A stretch of 26,582 bases of DNA from Patescibacteria group bacterium (GCA_035715245.1 DASTLG010000023.1:1-26582); one strand, 5' to 3'; shown: positions 6,301 through 15,853, counted from the first letter of the stretch. The notes: generated by a model from the sequence alone, not told the origin. Numbers and translations are program-made.

Positions 6301-9045
6301 TTAATCAATATCAGCTGGCTTATTGACGGTATCAATCAGCACGCGCGGCGGTTTACTCATCCCGTTCACACCCGAAGAAATGCGACCGGAAAGATCCGAA
6401 ATAGATGTTGGAGACCCACCTTGAGCCACACGCGCCTGAATCCGTTCAATAATGCTGAGTGCAAGACGCTTGTTCGCCGTATTCATATCCTGGAATCCGT
6501 TTACGACCAAATTATCGAAATTCGCGTCTGCCAAACCTTCCAACACACGATCAATCACCGCTTGATTCTGCGAATTCAATTGCGCCATAATCGCGCCCAT
6601 CTGACCCATGGAATCATTCAAGACTTTCGGATCCGGCGCCGTGGTTGCGGCCGTAACCGCCGCACTTGTCGAATCTTCCACGATTCCTTTCAAGGTATCA
6701 GCCGGCGTCCCTTCAAGGAATCCGCTTGGCGTCATCGCACCTACATTCAAATCTTCTAGATGACCGCCAGTGCCCAAAAAGGATTGAACCGTTGCCTTAT
6801 TATCCCACTCAGGCGTGGTTGTGGGCGTTCCTGTTGCATCCGGCCGGCCGCGCAGGTCGTCATACGCCGTCTGTTCAGCCCCGCTCCGCATCGCTTTTCC
6901 GCTTCGATCAAACAGCTTGTGTCTGCCGAATTTGTCTTTGCTGACCGTCGCCGAATCAACAACGTTCGTATCCACATTCGGCGTATTCTGCACATAGCGA
7001 GCCACCATATTCAACGCCGCCGTCAATTCTTTATTATCTTTGACTTCCTTTTGTTTCTTCAGCATCTCAAAGGCGGCCAGATTTCCAACATTTAATTTGC
7101 CGCCAGCCTCGGTCAAAATGCCGCGAGATGTAAGCATACGGCGAGCAATTTCGGCATTCTTTGTATTTTCCAGCCCTGCAAGTTTCTTCGGATCATTAAG
7201 AACTTCCGTAACCAACGCATTACGCTTTCCTGGATCAGCAGAAAGCATCGGATTTGCCAGTTGCTGTTTTTTGATCGCATCCGCCGTCTCAAAATCCTTG
7301 CGCCGCTCTGCCAGCGTACGGCCCTCATCCAAATTCTGCGCACGAAATTGAACAGCCCGTGCTTCCGCATTTGTCTTCACGGCACGATTAAGCTCATCGC
7401 CCGAAAGCGTCTTGCTCAGACGTTTGCGTTCTTCGCGCTCATACTGAGACTGCAATTCTTTCTGTGTCTTCTCTGAACCAAGGTTCTGCAGATATTTTGC
7501 CCGCGCTTCTGGTCCAGCCGAAGCCATAGCCGCCATCTGCTGGCTGACGGTCATATTCTTCATCTGCTCGGTCTGTGCCGCGGCTTTCTTTTCGCGCATC
7601 ACCTTTGGACGCACCATCTCTGACTGCAAAGCTTTGTTGACGGTTGTTGATAATCGCCCAACGCCAAGCGCCATAGCCGCGGTCGCTCCAGCCTGCGCCA
7701 GCCGTGTTTTCCGCGCGGCAAGAACCGCACCCGTAGCTGGTGATTTTGCCGCCCAGGTCGCGGCTTTCATCGTATAACTCTTTACCGTATCCGCGACTTT
7801 CTTAAGCGTGGTCGAACCCATATCGCTCGCCGCGTCTACAGCCGCATCCAATCCGAGGAGCATCATGGCAATCGCAATAATGAACGCCGCGATGCCTTGG
7901 GTATTTCCAATGTTGGAAAAAAAACTCTCCGGTTCGCCCGCATCCGGGCGCCAAAGCCCAAGACTTTGCGCCATGCCGCCGGTTTTTGCTGTCTCCTGGA
8001 CAATCGCGAGCGTTAACCAGAGAAAAAACGCGACAATCGGCCCGCCGGTCAGCATGGCAGAAAGCCGTTTCCAGTATTTATCCGTAAACGTGCTCATGCC
8101 TTTTTGAAGCCTGGATGGAACCGCCAATTCAAAAAGGGCGATAGGAGAAAAAATCAGCGCAATCCAAAGTCCAATAATACGAGCAATAATATAGGCCACC
8201 AGAATCAAAATAACACCGACAGAAATAATCAGCAGAATGGCTGCCAGAAAATATGCCAGCACCGTATTGATCCCAGATCCTGGAATACTCGAATTATTCG
8301 TAATCTGCAGATAATCAAGCAGTCCCAATGCCTGAACAAAATTTCCTGCGCCAGCTTGATAAAACGCATTCACGAACGTGAGCATCACCACCTGAGAAAA
8401 GTCAATCAGCAGTTGAATTAGTGTTCGCGAAAAATTAATCAGCACGGCCATGAGCAAAAGTTTCGGAAGCACCTTTGTGTAATGAAACCCGCTTTCATAC
8501 TGCAAAATCGTTGAGAACGCCGAAACCAGCAGAATCACGATAAAAAACATGTTGCAAATATCGCGCACGATCACCCATCCGCGCTGAACTGCCAGCGCAT
8601 CAGAAAAGCCGTTGTACTTTGCAAATGATAAAAGAATGCTGATTAAAAACTGAACTACTTTCCCTAGTAATTCAATGATCGCACCAAGAACCCAAATAAC
8701 AACTCCTTGAGCCAAACAGCCGGGACTATAACTACCATTACACTCGTTGGATTGGCCCACGGGCGGTGCGACGGGCGCGACGGTCTGAGCAGGGGCGGCA
8801 GGAGCAGCAGGCGCGGGCGCCGATGCAGTACCAGACCCGGTCGGCGCAGGACCGGCGGCATGCGCGACCAAAACCTCTCCCCTAATTCCTCCGGATTCAG
8901 AAACCGAAACAGGAACAAAATTTGCAATGATTAAAAAAAGTACGCCGAAGATCGCTACGGCTTTTTTGAGGTGTGGAAATGAAAAAAAATTCCCGATTCC
9001 AAAGAACATGGCTTTGATTGCACGGACAAGCTTGTGCATAACCAA
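6301..9045 (-). CDS. VirB6/TrbL-like polytopic membrane protein with a long C-terminal soluble tail; first gene of the operon
   Basis: Multiple TM helices including GWVIVRDICNMFFIVILLVSAF and PKLLLMAVLINFS, as in VirB6-like proteins; Ala/Pro-rich N-terminal linker; about 500-aa charged tail. The start could be TTG 9045, ATG 9039 or ATG 9009. Confidence 0.72.
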   Translation of the reverse strand: MVMHKLVRAIKAMFFGIGNFFSFPHLKKAVAIFGVLFLIIANFVPVSVSESGGIRGEVLVAHAAGPAPTGSGTASAPAPAAPAAPAQTVAPVAPPVGQSNECNGSYSPGCLAQGVVIWVLGAIIELLGKVVQFLISILLSFAKYNGFSDALAVQRGWVIVRDICNMFFIVILLVSAFSTILQYESGFHYTKVLPKLLLMAVLINFSRTLIQLLIDFSQVVMLTFVNAFYQAGAGNFVQALGLLDYLQITNNSSIPGSGINTVLAYFLAAILLIISVGVILILVAYIIARIIGLWIALIFSPIALFELAVPSRLQKGMSTFTDKYWKRLSAMLTGGPIVAFFLWLTLAIVQETAKTGGMAQSLGLWRPDAGEPESFFSNIGNTQGIAAFIIAIAMMLLGLDAAVDAASDMGSTTLKKVADTVKSYTMKAATWAAKSPATGAVLAARKTRLAQAGATAAMALGVGRLSTTVNKALQSEMVRPKVMREKKAAAQTEQMKNMTVSQQMAAMASAGPEARAKYLQNLGSEKTQKELQSQYEREERKRLSKTLSGDELNRAVKTNAEARAVQFRAQNLDEGRTLAERRKDFETADAIKKQQLANPMLSADPGKRNALVTEVLNDPKKLAGLENTKNAEIARRMLTSRGILTEAGGKLNVGNLAAFEMLKKQKEVKDNKELTAALNMVARYVQNTPNVDTNVVDSATVSKDKFGRHKLFDRSGKAMRSGAEQTAYDDLRGRPDATGTPTTTPEWDNKATVQSFLGTGGHLEDLNVGAMTPSGFLEGTPADTLKGIVEDSTSAAVTAATTAPDPKVLNDSMGQMGAIMAQLNSQNQAVIDRVLEGLADANFDNLVVNGFQDMNTANKRLALSIIERIQARVAQGGSPTSISDLSGRISSGVNGMSKPPRVLIDTVNKPADID

Positions 9046-9055
9046 GTGCGATTCA

Positions 9056-9084
9056 AGAATACCATACCGTCAGAATTCATGGAA
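9056..9084 (-). promoter_or_regulatory. Putative sigma70 promoter of the T4SS-like operon
   Basis: TTCCAT-N17-TATTCT with an extended -10 (TG-g-TATTCT). Confidence 0.4.
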
Positions 9085-9103
9085 TGTACGGCCGAGCATC
9101 CAA

Positions 9104-9132
9104 TTGCTCAAATTCGCATTTCCTGTTAGGCT
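9104..9132 (+). promoter_or_regulatory. Putative sigma70 promoter of the LCP gene (divergent from the T4SS-like operon)
   Basis: TTGCTC-N17-TAGGCT with an extended -10 (TG-t-TAGGCT), 11 nt before ATG 9144. Confidence 0.45.
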
Positions 9133-9143
9133 GAGATTCACTC

Positions 9144-10604
9144 ATGTTCAAAAAAGAGAACCCTATTCGTATCAATTTCGTTGATACGGCAGAAGAACGC
9201 AGTTCACGGAGTCAAACCTATGTTTTTGCCGCCGTTTTTACGGCCGTCGTTGCTTTTGTGGCAACCATTGCGGCATACGCTTCATATCAGGCCGCGACGC
9301 GCGGAACAGATATTTTCAGCGAGCTCGGACGCGCGCCAGTCATTTCAAACATCGGCCACCTGTTCGGATCAACCCAAAAAGATCCAGCTGCAGTTGATCA
9401 CATGAACATTCTTTTCCTTGGAATCGGCGGCGATGGACATGATGGAGCTCTGCTCACAGATACCATGCTGCTTGTTTCACTGGACATCAAAGGAAAGCAC
9501 GCCTCCATTCTTTCCATCCCGCGCGACCTCGCGTACCCGCTCGGCAATGGACAATTTGAAAAAATTAATGCCGTGGATGCGTATGCAGAACAAGATCATC
9601 CGGGCGAAGGCGCCGTCCGAACAGCGGACGCGGTAAGCAAGCTTCTCGACGTTCCCATTGATCATGCTATCCGGGTGGATTTCCGCGGCTTTTCTGATTT
9701 TATTGATGCGCTGGGCGGCATTGACGTAACCGTTCAGCAGAGTTTTACGGATTACCAGTATCCGACCGCAGATGATAAATGGACAACGGTGTCATTCAAG
9801 CAAGGTATTCAGCACATGAGCGGCAGTACCGCACTCGTCTTTGTGCGTTCGCGGCACGGTAATAACGGCGAAGGATCAGATTTTGCGCGGAGCCGGCGCC
9901 AGCAGATCGTGATGCTTGCCGTTCGAAATAAATTATTATCACTCGGCACCATTTCCGATCCGCAAAAATTAGCCGCTTTGTGGAGCGCGGTGGCAAATCA
10001 TATTCAGACGGATCTGAGTCCCTGGGACATTCTGCGGATTGCTCCGCTCGCTTCCAGCTTCTCACCGGATCGGATCACTACTCACGTGCTGACCGATGCG
10101 CCGGATGGCGAACTGGTTGCCGCAAACGTAAATGGAGCATACATGCTGTTTCCAAAAAAACCGGATTGGTCGCAGATCCGGGAAATCGCCCAAAATCCGT
10201 TTACAGATATTACGCCCACATCCACAAAATCCATTCCTCCCGCAGTCCTCACGCGAGTTGAAATCAAAAACGGAACGACACGCACCGGATTCGCCGCACA
10301 AGTCGCCGCCTGGCTCGAAAAAAATAATTATGACATCATGGCATTCGGTAATGCGGTTCGGCGCGGATACGAACGGACGATTATCTTTGATCTGACCGGC
10401 GGAAAAAAGCCAGCCGAACTCGCAACCCTAAAAAAATTGCTTGATGCGGATGTTTCGACAACCCTTCCCTCATGGATCACCACCGCATCCGGCACATCCT
10501 CACGCGTCGTTTACGGCGACGGGCTCGCTCCAGAACGCATCCTTTCCTCGAATTCAGATTTCTTAATCATCCTTGGGGAAGCGAGTTACGGTCTTCTAAA
10601 ATAA
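9144..10604 (+). CDS. LCP (LytR-CpsA-Psr) family glycopolymer transferase with a C-terminal LytR_C domain
   Basis: N-terminal TM helix; NILFLGIGG, LTDTMLLVSLD, SIPRDL, VRSRHG, SDFARSRRQQ; C-terminal VEIKNGTTRTGFAAQVAAWLEKNNY. Confidence 0.92.
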   Translation: MFKKENPIRINFVDTAEERSSRSQTYVFAAVFTAVVAFVATIAAYASYQAATRGTDIFSELGRAPVISNIGHLFGSTQKDPAAVDHMNILFLGIGGDGHDGALLTDTMLLVSLDIKGKHASILSIPRDLAYPLGNGQFEKINAVDAYAEQDHPGEGAVRTADAVSKLLDVPIDHAIRVDFRGFSDFIDALGGIDVTVQQSFTDYQYPTADDKWTTVSFKQGIQHMSGSTALVFVRSRHGNNGEGSDFARSRRQQIVMLAVRNKLLSLGTISDPQKLAALWSAVANHIQTDLSPWDILRIAPLASSFSPDRITTHVLTDAPDGELVAANVNGAYMLFPKKPDWSQIREIAQNPFTDITPTSTKSIPPAVLTRVEIKNGTTRTGFAAQVAAWLEKNNYDIMAFGNAVRRGYERTIIFDLTGGKKPAELATLKKLLDADVSTTLPSWITTASGTSSRVVYGDGLAPERILSSNSDFLIILGEASYGLLK

Positions 10605-10703
10605 CCATGTCCCCCGAGTCCCGAATCTCGCCGAAGGCCTGTCTGATTTGGCGAAAAATTTCAAATTCAGATCAGATCCTTGCTATTTGATTTTATTTTG
10701 CTT

Positions 10704-12167
10704 ATGTCTCGTCCCCTGGTTGCCATTGTTGGCCGCACAAATGTTGGAAAATCAACCCTCTGGAATCGTTTGACCGAAACGAGCCACGCTATCGTAAGTT
10801 CCGACCTTCATACAACACGCGATCGGCGTTTTGGAACCGTCCTTTGGCACGGAGCGGCTTTTGAGATAGTCGATACCGGCGGCATGGATACGGAATCCGA
10901 TGAAATCGGCCGCAACATTCGCGCTCAAGCAGAAAACGCCATAAAACAGGCGGATTTAATTTTATTTGTGATCGATGCGAAATCAGGTATTCTTCCGCAG
11001 GATCAAACGCTTGCCCGTGAAGTGAAAAAATTCCGCAAACCCGTGTGGCTTATGGCCAACAAAACCGACACCCTTGCGATTTTATCCAACGCACACGAGT
11101 CCTCCGTCTTCCAGCTGAATTTTGGAGCTCCGCATTCCGTATCCGCCACCACGAGTTTCGGTATCGGGGATTTCTTAGATGAACTCGTCGTTGAATTAGA
11201 TCGTTTAGGTCATCCTGCTGAACCCGTCGAAGAAAAGGAGCGACTGAAAATTGCGATCATCGGTCGACCGAATGTCGGAAAGTCATCGCTCACAAATGCC
11301 ATCCTAGGCGAGGAGCGCGTGATCGTCTCTCCTATTCCGCACACAACACGTGAACCGCAAGATACAAATCTCGTCTACAAAGATCATGAGCTTACGCTCG
11401 TGGACACAGCCGGGGTCCGCCAGCTTTCCCGCGCGTCAACCAAAATCGAGGAGGCGAGCATCGCCCGAAACGAGCAGGCGATCAAGTCGGCTGATATTGC
11501 TTTACTTGTTTTTGATGCGACCGAAGCGCCAAGCGCGCAGGATCGCCGTCTGGCCGGCTTACTTGAAGACGCAAACAAAGGGTTGATTCTCGTAGCAAAT
11601 AAATGGGATTTAGTCGAGCAAAAATCGTCCCAGACAGCGACGGAATATGAATTACTGATCCGTCAGCTGTTCCCTTTTCTGGATTGGGCGCCGGTCATGT
11701 TCGTGAGCGCGCTCACTGGCCAGCGCGTGACGCATCTTCTGGATCAAGCGTTAGCGATTCAGCAGGAACGATTACGCCATATCGATTACAACGCACTGAA
11801 TCGCTTACTAAAATCCTGCATCAAAGCCAAACGCCCGCTCCAAAGCTACGGACCAAAATCGCCGCGCATTTATGATGCGGCTCAAATCGGACATGCGCCG
11901 CCCACGTTTCTCATCACCGTCCATGGAGAAAAAGACAATATCCATCCGAGCTGGCTGAAATTTTTTGAAAAGCGCCTGCGTGATAAATTTGGATATAAAG
12001 GAACGCCGATCCAAGTAAAAGCACGACACATTCCGGTCGCAAAATCGCAGAAAAAATGGAATGTTCACGGACCAGGTATGGAAGCGGTAGCTGGAAAAAT
12101 CAGAGAAAAAAAACCGCGCGTCAATCAAACACGCCGCCGCCAGAAACACGGCGGAAGACGATATTAA
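10704..12167 (+). CDS. der: Ribosome biogenesis GTPase Der (EngA)
   Basis: Two GTPase domains (GRTNVGKS/DTGG/NKTD and GRPNVGKS/DTAG/NKWD) plus a KH-like C-terminal domain; start at ATG 10704 (MSRPLVAIVG). Confidence 0.95.
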   Translation: MSRPLVAIVGRTNVGKSTLWNRLTETSHAIVSSDLHTTRDRRFGTVLWHGAAFEIVDTGGMDTESDEIGRNIRAQAENAIKQADLILFVIDAKSGILPQDQTLAREVKKFRKPVWLMANKTDTLAILSNAHESSVFQLNFGAPHSVSATTSFGIGDFLDELVVELDRLGHPAEPVEEKERLKIAIIGRPNVGKSSLTNAILGEERVIVSPIPHTTREPQDTNLVYKDHELTLVDTAGVRQLSRASTKIEEASIARNEQAIKSADIALLVFDATEAPSAQDRRLAGLLEDANKGLILVANKWDLVEQKSSQTATEYELLIRQLFPFLDWAPVMFVSALTGQRVTHLLDQALAIQQERLRHIDYNALNRLLKSCIKAKRPLQSYGPKSPRIYDAAQIGHAPPTFLITVHGEKDNIHPSWLKFFEKRLRDKFGYKGTPIQVKARHIPVAKSQKKWNVHGPGMEAVAGKIREKKPRVNQTRRRQKHGGRRY

Positions 12168-12200
12168 AAAAGACCGGCCAAAGGAGAGGCCGGTTTTTTT
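12167..12200. terminator. Bidirectional intrinsic terminator between der and the DUF218 gene
   Basis: Stem accggcc/ggccggt (12173-12179/12188-12194), flanked by an A-run and a T7 run. Confidence 0.8.
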
Positions 12201-12202
12201 GA

Positions 12203-12772
12203 TCATGCTTCATTCGGAGGAGGACTGGGCAGCCCAAGCCGTTTTCGCTCGCGAATGCGGCGGCGCTTGGCATAAAGCCGGCCATCTCGATCAATATAAT
12301 GGTAAATAACAAAAAGCCATTGAGTGAGACGCTCGCGCCAGGTAAGCGGCATCCAGACCGGCTGGATCTGCACGGTCAGACCGTGTGCGGCTTTGGCTGT
12401 ATGCCGAATACGAATCCCATGTACCCAGTAGGTACAAATCGAGAGTTCGAACGAATGGATTCCCGCATCTCGGAGCGCTTCAAGGCTGTAACGCAGATTC
12501 CCGTAAGTATCAAAGGATTTTGTTTCAAGGATCAAACAGTCACGCGGAATTCCGTGCCGAGCAAGCCAATCCGCCGCGATCTCGCTCCATGGCCTTGTTT
12601 GGATCAGGCTTATCATGAAGCGCCCGCCAGAAATCAGCAGTTTGTCATACGCCCCGGTTTCCCACACGAGGAGCGCGTGTTTGCACACCAAAAGAGACGA
12701 ACGCGGATCGAGGCGATCCACAGGCAGAATCGGCCATCCGAAGATAACCAGAACCTTCGTTGTCCGCGGCAA
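12203..12772 (-). CDS. YdcF/DUF218 (ElyC/SanA-like) family protein
   Basis: LLISGG, GIPRDCLILETKSFDTYGNL and ICTYWVHGIR match the DUF218 pattern; TTG start with SD AAGGAGG 5 nt upstream. Confidence 0.75.
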   Translation of the reverse strand: MPRTTKVLVIFGWPILPVDRLDPRSSLLVCKHALLVWETGAYDKLLISGGRFMISLIQTRPWSEIAADWLARHGIPRDCLILETKSFDTYGNLRYSLEALRDAGIHSFELSICTYWVHGIRIRHTAKAAHGLTVQIQPVWMPLTWRERLTQWLFVIYHYIDRDGRLYAKRRRIRERKRLGLPSPPPNEA

Positions 12773-12808
12773 GACTTCCTCCTTTTAGAGAAGGACCATT
12801 CCAGTCAA

Positions 12809-12837
12809 CGACTACCACGGAACAATGATCACGTCAA
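12809..12837 (-). promoter_or_regulatory. Putative promoter of the DUF218 gene
   Basis: TTGACG-N17-TAGTCG with TG-g before the -10; the -10 match is imperfect. Confidence 0.35.
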
Positions 12838-12838
12838 T

Positions 12839-14464
12839 CTAAACTCCCTGGGCCTCGTCCATGCTTTCCTGCACGCGCGCTTTTCGCCAAAGACGGCGTT
12901 TAATCGCCTGCCAAACATCATTCAATTCCGGCGATCGTAAAAGCCACGCCGCTAAAATAAACGCAAGCCCGCCGCCAATGGTCGAAAGTCCGGCCTGAAG
13001 CGCTACTTGAAAAAATGTTCGCAACGGATACACGGTTCCGATAAGCACGCGTAAAGGATACGCAACCGCCACGCCAGCCGCACACGCAGCCAGCGTTTTA
13101 AAAAACGATTTAAGAAATCCGCTGAATCCGAGCGGACCGAATTTGATACGAAGAAAAATCAGCAGGAGAATAAACTGGGCAAATGACGCAGCCGAAAAAG
13201 CAATTGCCAATCCCGTAATGCCAAACAGGGTTCGGAAATACAGGGCAAAAACAAGATTCACCGCCTCGGAAATAGCGCCAATCCAAAGCGGCGTCCATGT
13301 ATTCTGCATCGCGTAAAATGCTCTTGCTAATAATGCGACAAGCGACTGCGTTGCCAAAGAAAGCGTAAACCATCCAAGCACATTCGCCGTCCTGATCGTG
13401 TCGTCCCAGTCAAATTTTCCCTGGCCGAGAATCAAACGCACAATCTGGGCGCGTAAAAGGATGAAGAGCGCGGTCGTAGGGAGGATCAAAAAAATGATTT
13501 TTTTTCCAGCTCCCATGAGTGCGGAACGAAAATCTTCTTTGCGATCCACTCCAATAGCGCGCGAAAGCGCCGGGAATGCCGCAACGGCAAAGGAAATTCC
13601 GATAATGCCGACCGGAAAACTCTGCAGATTGTTTGCCAGATTGAATACCGCCACAGAACCAACCGGCAGAGAAGAAGCGAGCGCAAGTAAAATCACCAGA
13701 TTGATCTGTGTGACGGCTAATCCGACCGTCCGCGGAGCCATGAGCTTCATAATCCGCCGCACACCTTCATGCTTCCATGTCGGCCGCGGCAAACGCCGCA
13801 ATCCCATTCGGATCACCACAGACGCTTGCGCAAGAAAATGAAAAAATGCGCCGATCACAACGCCCCAGGCCAAACCTGGCATTCCAAATCTCGGCGCGAG
13901 AAACAGTGCGCCGAAAATAATGCCGATATTATAGAGAACCGGCGCGAGCGCAAACGGCATAAACCGGCGCGTGGATTGCAAAATACCGCCCATAACTGCC
14001 GAGAGTCCCAGGATGAGCGGCGATAAAAACATGATTCGCGATAACTGGATCGTGAGCGCCATTTTTTCCGGATCAAATCCCGGCGTAATCCATGGGACGA
14101 TCACCGGCGCCGCAAGAATAAGCGCCGCCGCAAACACTCCCATAATAATACCAACCCAGGAAACCATGATGCCGCCAAGGCGCATCGCCTCTTCTTTTCC
14201 TTTGCGTTCCAGATATTCCGTAAAAACCGGAATAAATCCGGCGGTGAGCGCGCCTAAAATAATCAAATTGTATAAAAAATCCGGAAGACGAAAGGCCGCA
14301 TAATAAGCATCAAGCTGATTCCCGGCGCCGAATTGCGAAGCGAGAATCCGATCACGCAGAACACCGACCAAACGCGAAGCGAGCGATGCGGCACCAACGA
14401 TAAAAGCGGCGGCCGAGAGGCCGTCGGTTTCTCCTTCCCATAATCGCCGAAAAAACGAAAGCAT
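12839..14464 (-). CDS. murJ: Lipid II flippase MurJ (MviN)
   Basis: SRLVGVLRDRILASQFGAG, DAYYAAFRLPD, FIPVF, QSFPVGIIGISFAVAAFPALS, RAFYAMQNTWTP; many TM helices; start at ATG 14464, 1 nt after the GT2 stop. Confidence 0.95.
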   Translation of the reverse strand: MLSFFRRLWEGETDGLSAAAFIVGAASLASRLVGVLRDRILASQFGAGNQLDAYYAAFRLPDFLYNLIILGALTAGFIPVFTEYLERKGKEEAMRLGGIMVSWVGIIMGVFAAALILAAPVIVPWITPGFDPEKMALTIQLSRIMFLSPLILGLSAVMGGILQSTRRFMPFALAPVLYNIGIIFGALFLAPRFGMPGLAWGVVIGAFFHFLAQASVVIRMGLRRLPRPTWKHEGVRRIMKLMAPRTVGLAVTQINLVILLALASSLPVGSVAVFNLANNLQSFPVGIIGISFAVAAFPALSRAIGVDRKEDFRSALMGAGKKIIFLILPTTALFILLRAQIVRLILGQGKFDWDDTIRTANVLGWFTLSLATQSLVALLARAFYAMQNTWTPLWIGAISEAVNLVFALYFRTLFGITGLAIAFSAASFAQFILLLIFLRIKFGPLGFSGFLKSFFKTLAACAAGVAVAYPLRVLIGTVYPLRTFFQVALQAGLSTIGGGLAFILAAWLLRSPELNDVWQAIKRRLWRKARVQESMDEAQGV

Positions 14465-14465
14465 G

Positions 14466-15191
14466 TTACGGATGCTTTGGAAGATCAAAATCGCCCATTT
14501 CGTAGGCAAACGGTACACGGCGCTTAAACGGACCGCGGGTTAAAATACGTAATTCCGCAAACGCATATCTTCCCATGGTCAAAAAGCGGCCGTCTTTATG
14601 AAGGCGACGCGAAGAGACCAATATTTTATTACGACGCAGAATACCGAATTGATAGCCGGCTTTTTTTAATCGGCGGACATAATCATGATCTTCCGCAAAC
14701 ACCACATCTTCATCAAATCCTTTAATCGTTTCGTGCGCCAAGCGTTTTACAAACAAACAGAACCCGCCCGCGTGGGGCAAAACATGTTCCGTCGCCACAC
14801 TATAAACGTTATAGGCGCCGTGCATGGCCTGATCTAACGTAGTCCCGTCATACGTATGCAGACGGCAAGTTGTAATATGAAGTCCGCGCTCGTCCATTTC
14901 ATCAAGGCACTCCTGCAGATAAAATTCATGAGGCAAAAGCACGTCTGCATCCAAAAAAATAATGACATCCCCTTGCGCAACTTCCGCTCCCCGATTCCGT
15001 CCGGCGCCCGGCAATCCGCCATCAACGACACGCGCCCCAAACGACGCGGCGATTTTCCGCGTTGAATCCGTTGATCCGGCATCTGCCACAATTATTTCGT
15101 AATCCTCCATTTTCTGCTGACGAATGGATGTGAGCAATTTTGGAAGATAATATTCCTCGTTTTTTGCTGGAATTACGATGGAAATTTTCAT
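14466..15191 (-). CDS. Glycosyltransferase family 2
   Basis: MKISIVIPAKNEE, EIIVADAGSTD, GAGRNRG, DxD motif FLDAD, GFDEDVVFAEDHDY. Confidence 0.92.
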   Translation of the reverse strand: MKISIVIPAKNEEYYLPKLLTSIRQQKMEDYEIIVADAGSTDSTRKIAASFGARVVDGGLPGAGRNRGAEVAQGDVIIFLDADVLLPHEFYLQECLDEMDERGLHITTCRLHTYDGTTLDQAMHGAYNVYSVATEHVLPHAGGFCLFVKRLAHETIKGFDEDVVFAEDHDYVRRLKKAGYQFGILRRNKILVSSRRLHKDGRFLTMGRYAFAELRILTRGPFKRRVPFAYEMGDFDLPKHP

Positions 15192-15197
15192 GGCACT

Positions 15198-15206
15198 AGC
15201 CTAGCA
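15198..15206 (-). promoter_or_regulatory. Extended -10 promoter 6 nt before the GT2 start (leaderless candidate)
   Basis: TG-c-TAGGCT-agtgcc-ATG. Confidence 0.45.
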
Positions 15207-15271
15207 AATAATCGAGAAACTGACGAGAGATTAAGGTCAAAAATGGCTAATAAATGAGCATTTTATCTAAG

Positions 15272-15293
15272 AAAAAACCCACATCATTGTGGG
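15272..15293 (-). terminator. Intrinsic terminator of the 146-aa orphan gene
   Basis: Minus strand reads cccaca-atga-tgtggg followed by TTTTTT. Confidence 0.6.
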
Positions 15294-15305
15294 CAGAAAG
15301 AATCA

Positions 15306-15746
15306 TCAACGGATGCGCCTTGATGCAAGCGGCCGCTTCGATTGAGGCGCCGAACGCTTCGGAATTGCCTTTGTTGGAACAACCTTTGGCTGAACGGCTG
15401 ATTGGCTCGGAGGCGTCTTTGGCTGATCTGGCCAATCCCAAGACTCGGAAATTTTTATCTGGAGCTCGTTCCGGCGTGGACACAAAGAAGACACAAAAGC
15501 AAAGAATGCGGTCATCAGAATGCTGACCCCAATCAGCACCCAAAACAAAACGCCGTACCCAAAACGGAATTCAAGCGAAAAAATCCAATCTTGGGTTATG
15601 GCCGCAAAACTCGCGCCCGTAAACCAGCAAAAAATTCCAAAAACCAAAATGAAGACACGCTGCACCCAGCTCCATCCGCGATCACCAGCGACCCAGCTCA
15701 CCCACATTCCACTAACCGCCAGCGTAATCGGAAGAAACCAAAACAT
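15306..15746 (-). CDS. Hypothetical Trp/Phe-rich membrane protein (about 3 TM helices) with a Pro/Lys/Arg-rich tail
   Basis: SD AAGGAGG 6 nt before the ATG, a downstream terminator, and hydrophobic segments. Confidence 0.75.
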   Translation of the reverse strand: MFWFLPITLAVSGMWVSWVAGDRGWSWVQRVFILVFGIFCWFTGASFAAITQDWIFSLEFRFGYGVLFWVLIGVSILMTAFFAFVSSLCPRRNELQIKISESWDWPDQPKTPPSQSAVQPKVVPTKAIPKRSAPQSKRPLASRRIR

Positions 15747-15812
15747 GGGCGCCCTCCTTAGAAAGGACTACCCTATTCAAGCATAAAATGATTGATTTGA
15801 AAAGGATGGACC

Positions 15813-15846
15813 AAAAAAAAATCCCGCAGCTGCGTCCAGCGCGGGA
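15813..15846 (-). terminator. Intrinsic terminator of the 171-aa orphan gene
   Basis: tcccgc/gcggga plus gctg/cagc stem with one bulge, followed on the minus strand by a T9 run. Confidence 0.75.
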
Positions 15847-15853
15847 AGTCTCA

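Noticed and set aside
8760-8860. GC-rich repetitive-looking stretch
   Set aside because: Encodes the Ala/Pro linker of the VirB6-like protein; it is not a regular DNA repeat.
960-9045. Calling the VirB4 locus an ICE or conjugative mobile element
   Set aside because: No relaxase, VirD4, integrase or att repeats in the window; native codon style; housekeeping neighbours.
10628-10654. Possible hairpin between the LCP gene and der
   Set aside because: 8-bp stem with an 11-nt loop and no U-tract; too weak to call.
12299-12940. 213-aa plus-strand ORF
   Set aside because: Antisense to the DUF218 gene and the end of murJ; no SD or motifs.
15254-15526. 90-aa plus-strand ORF
   Set aside because: Overlaps the minus-strand 146-aa gene, which has an SD and a terminator; its start also runs through that terminator.
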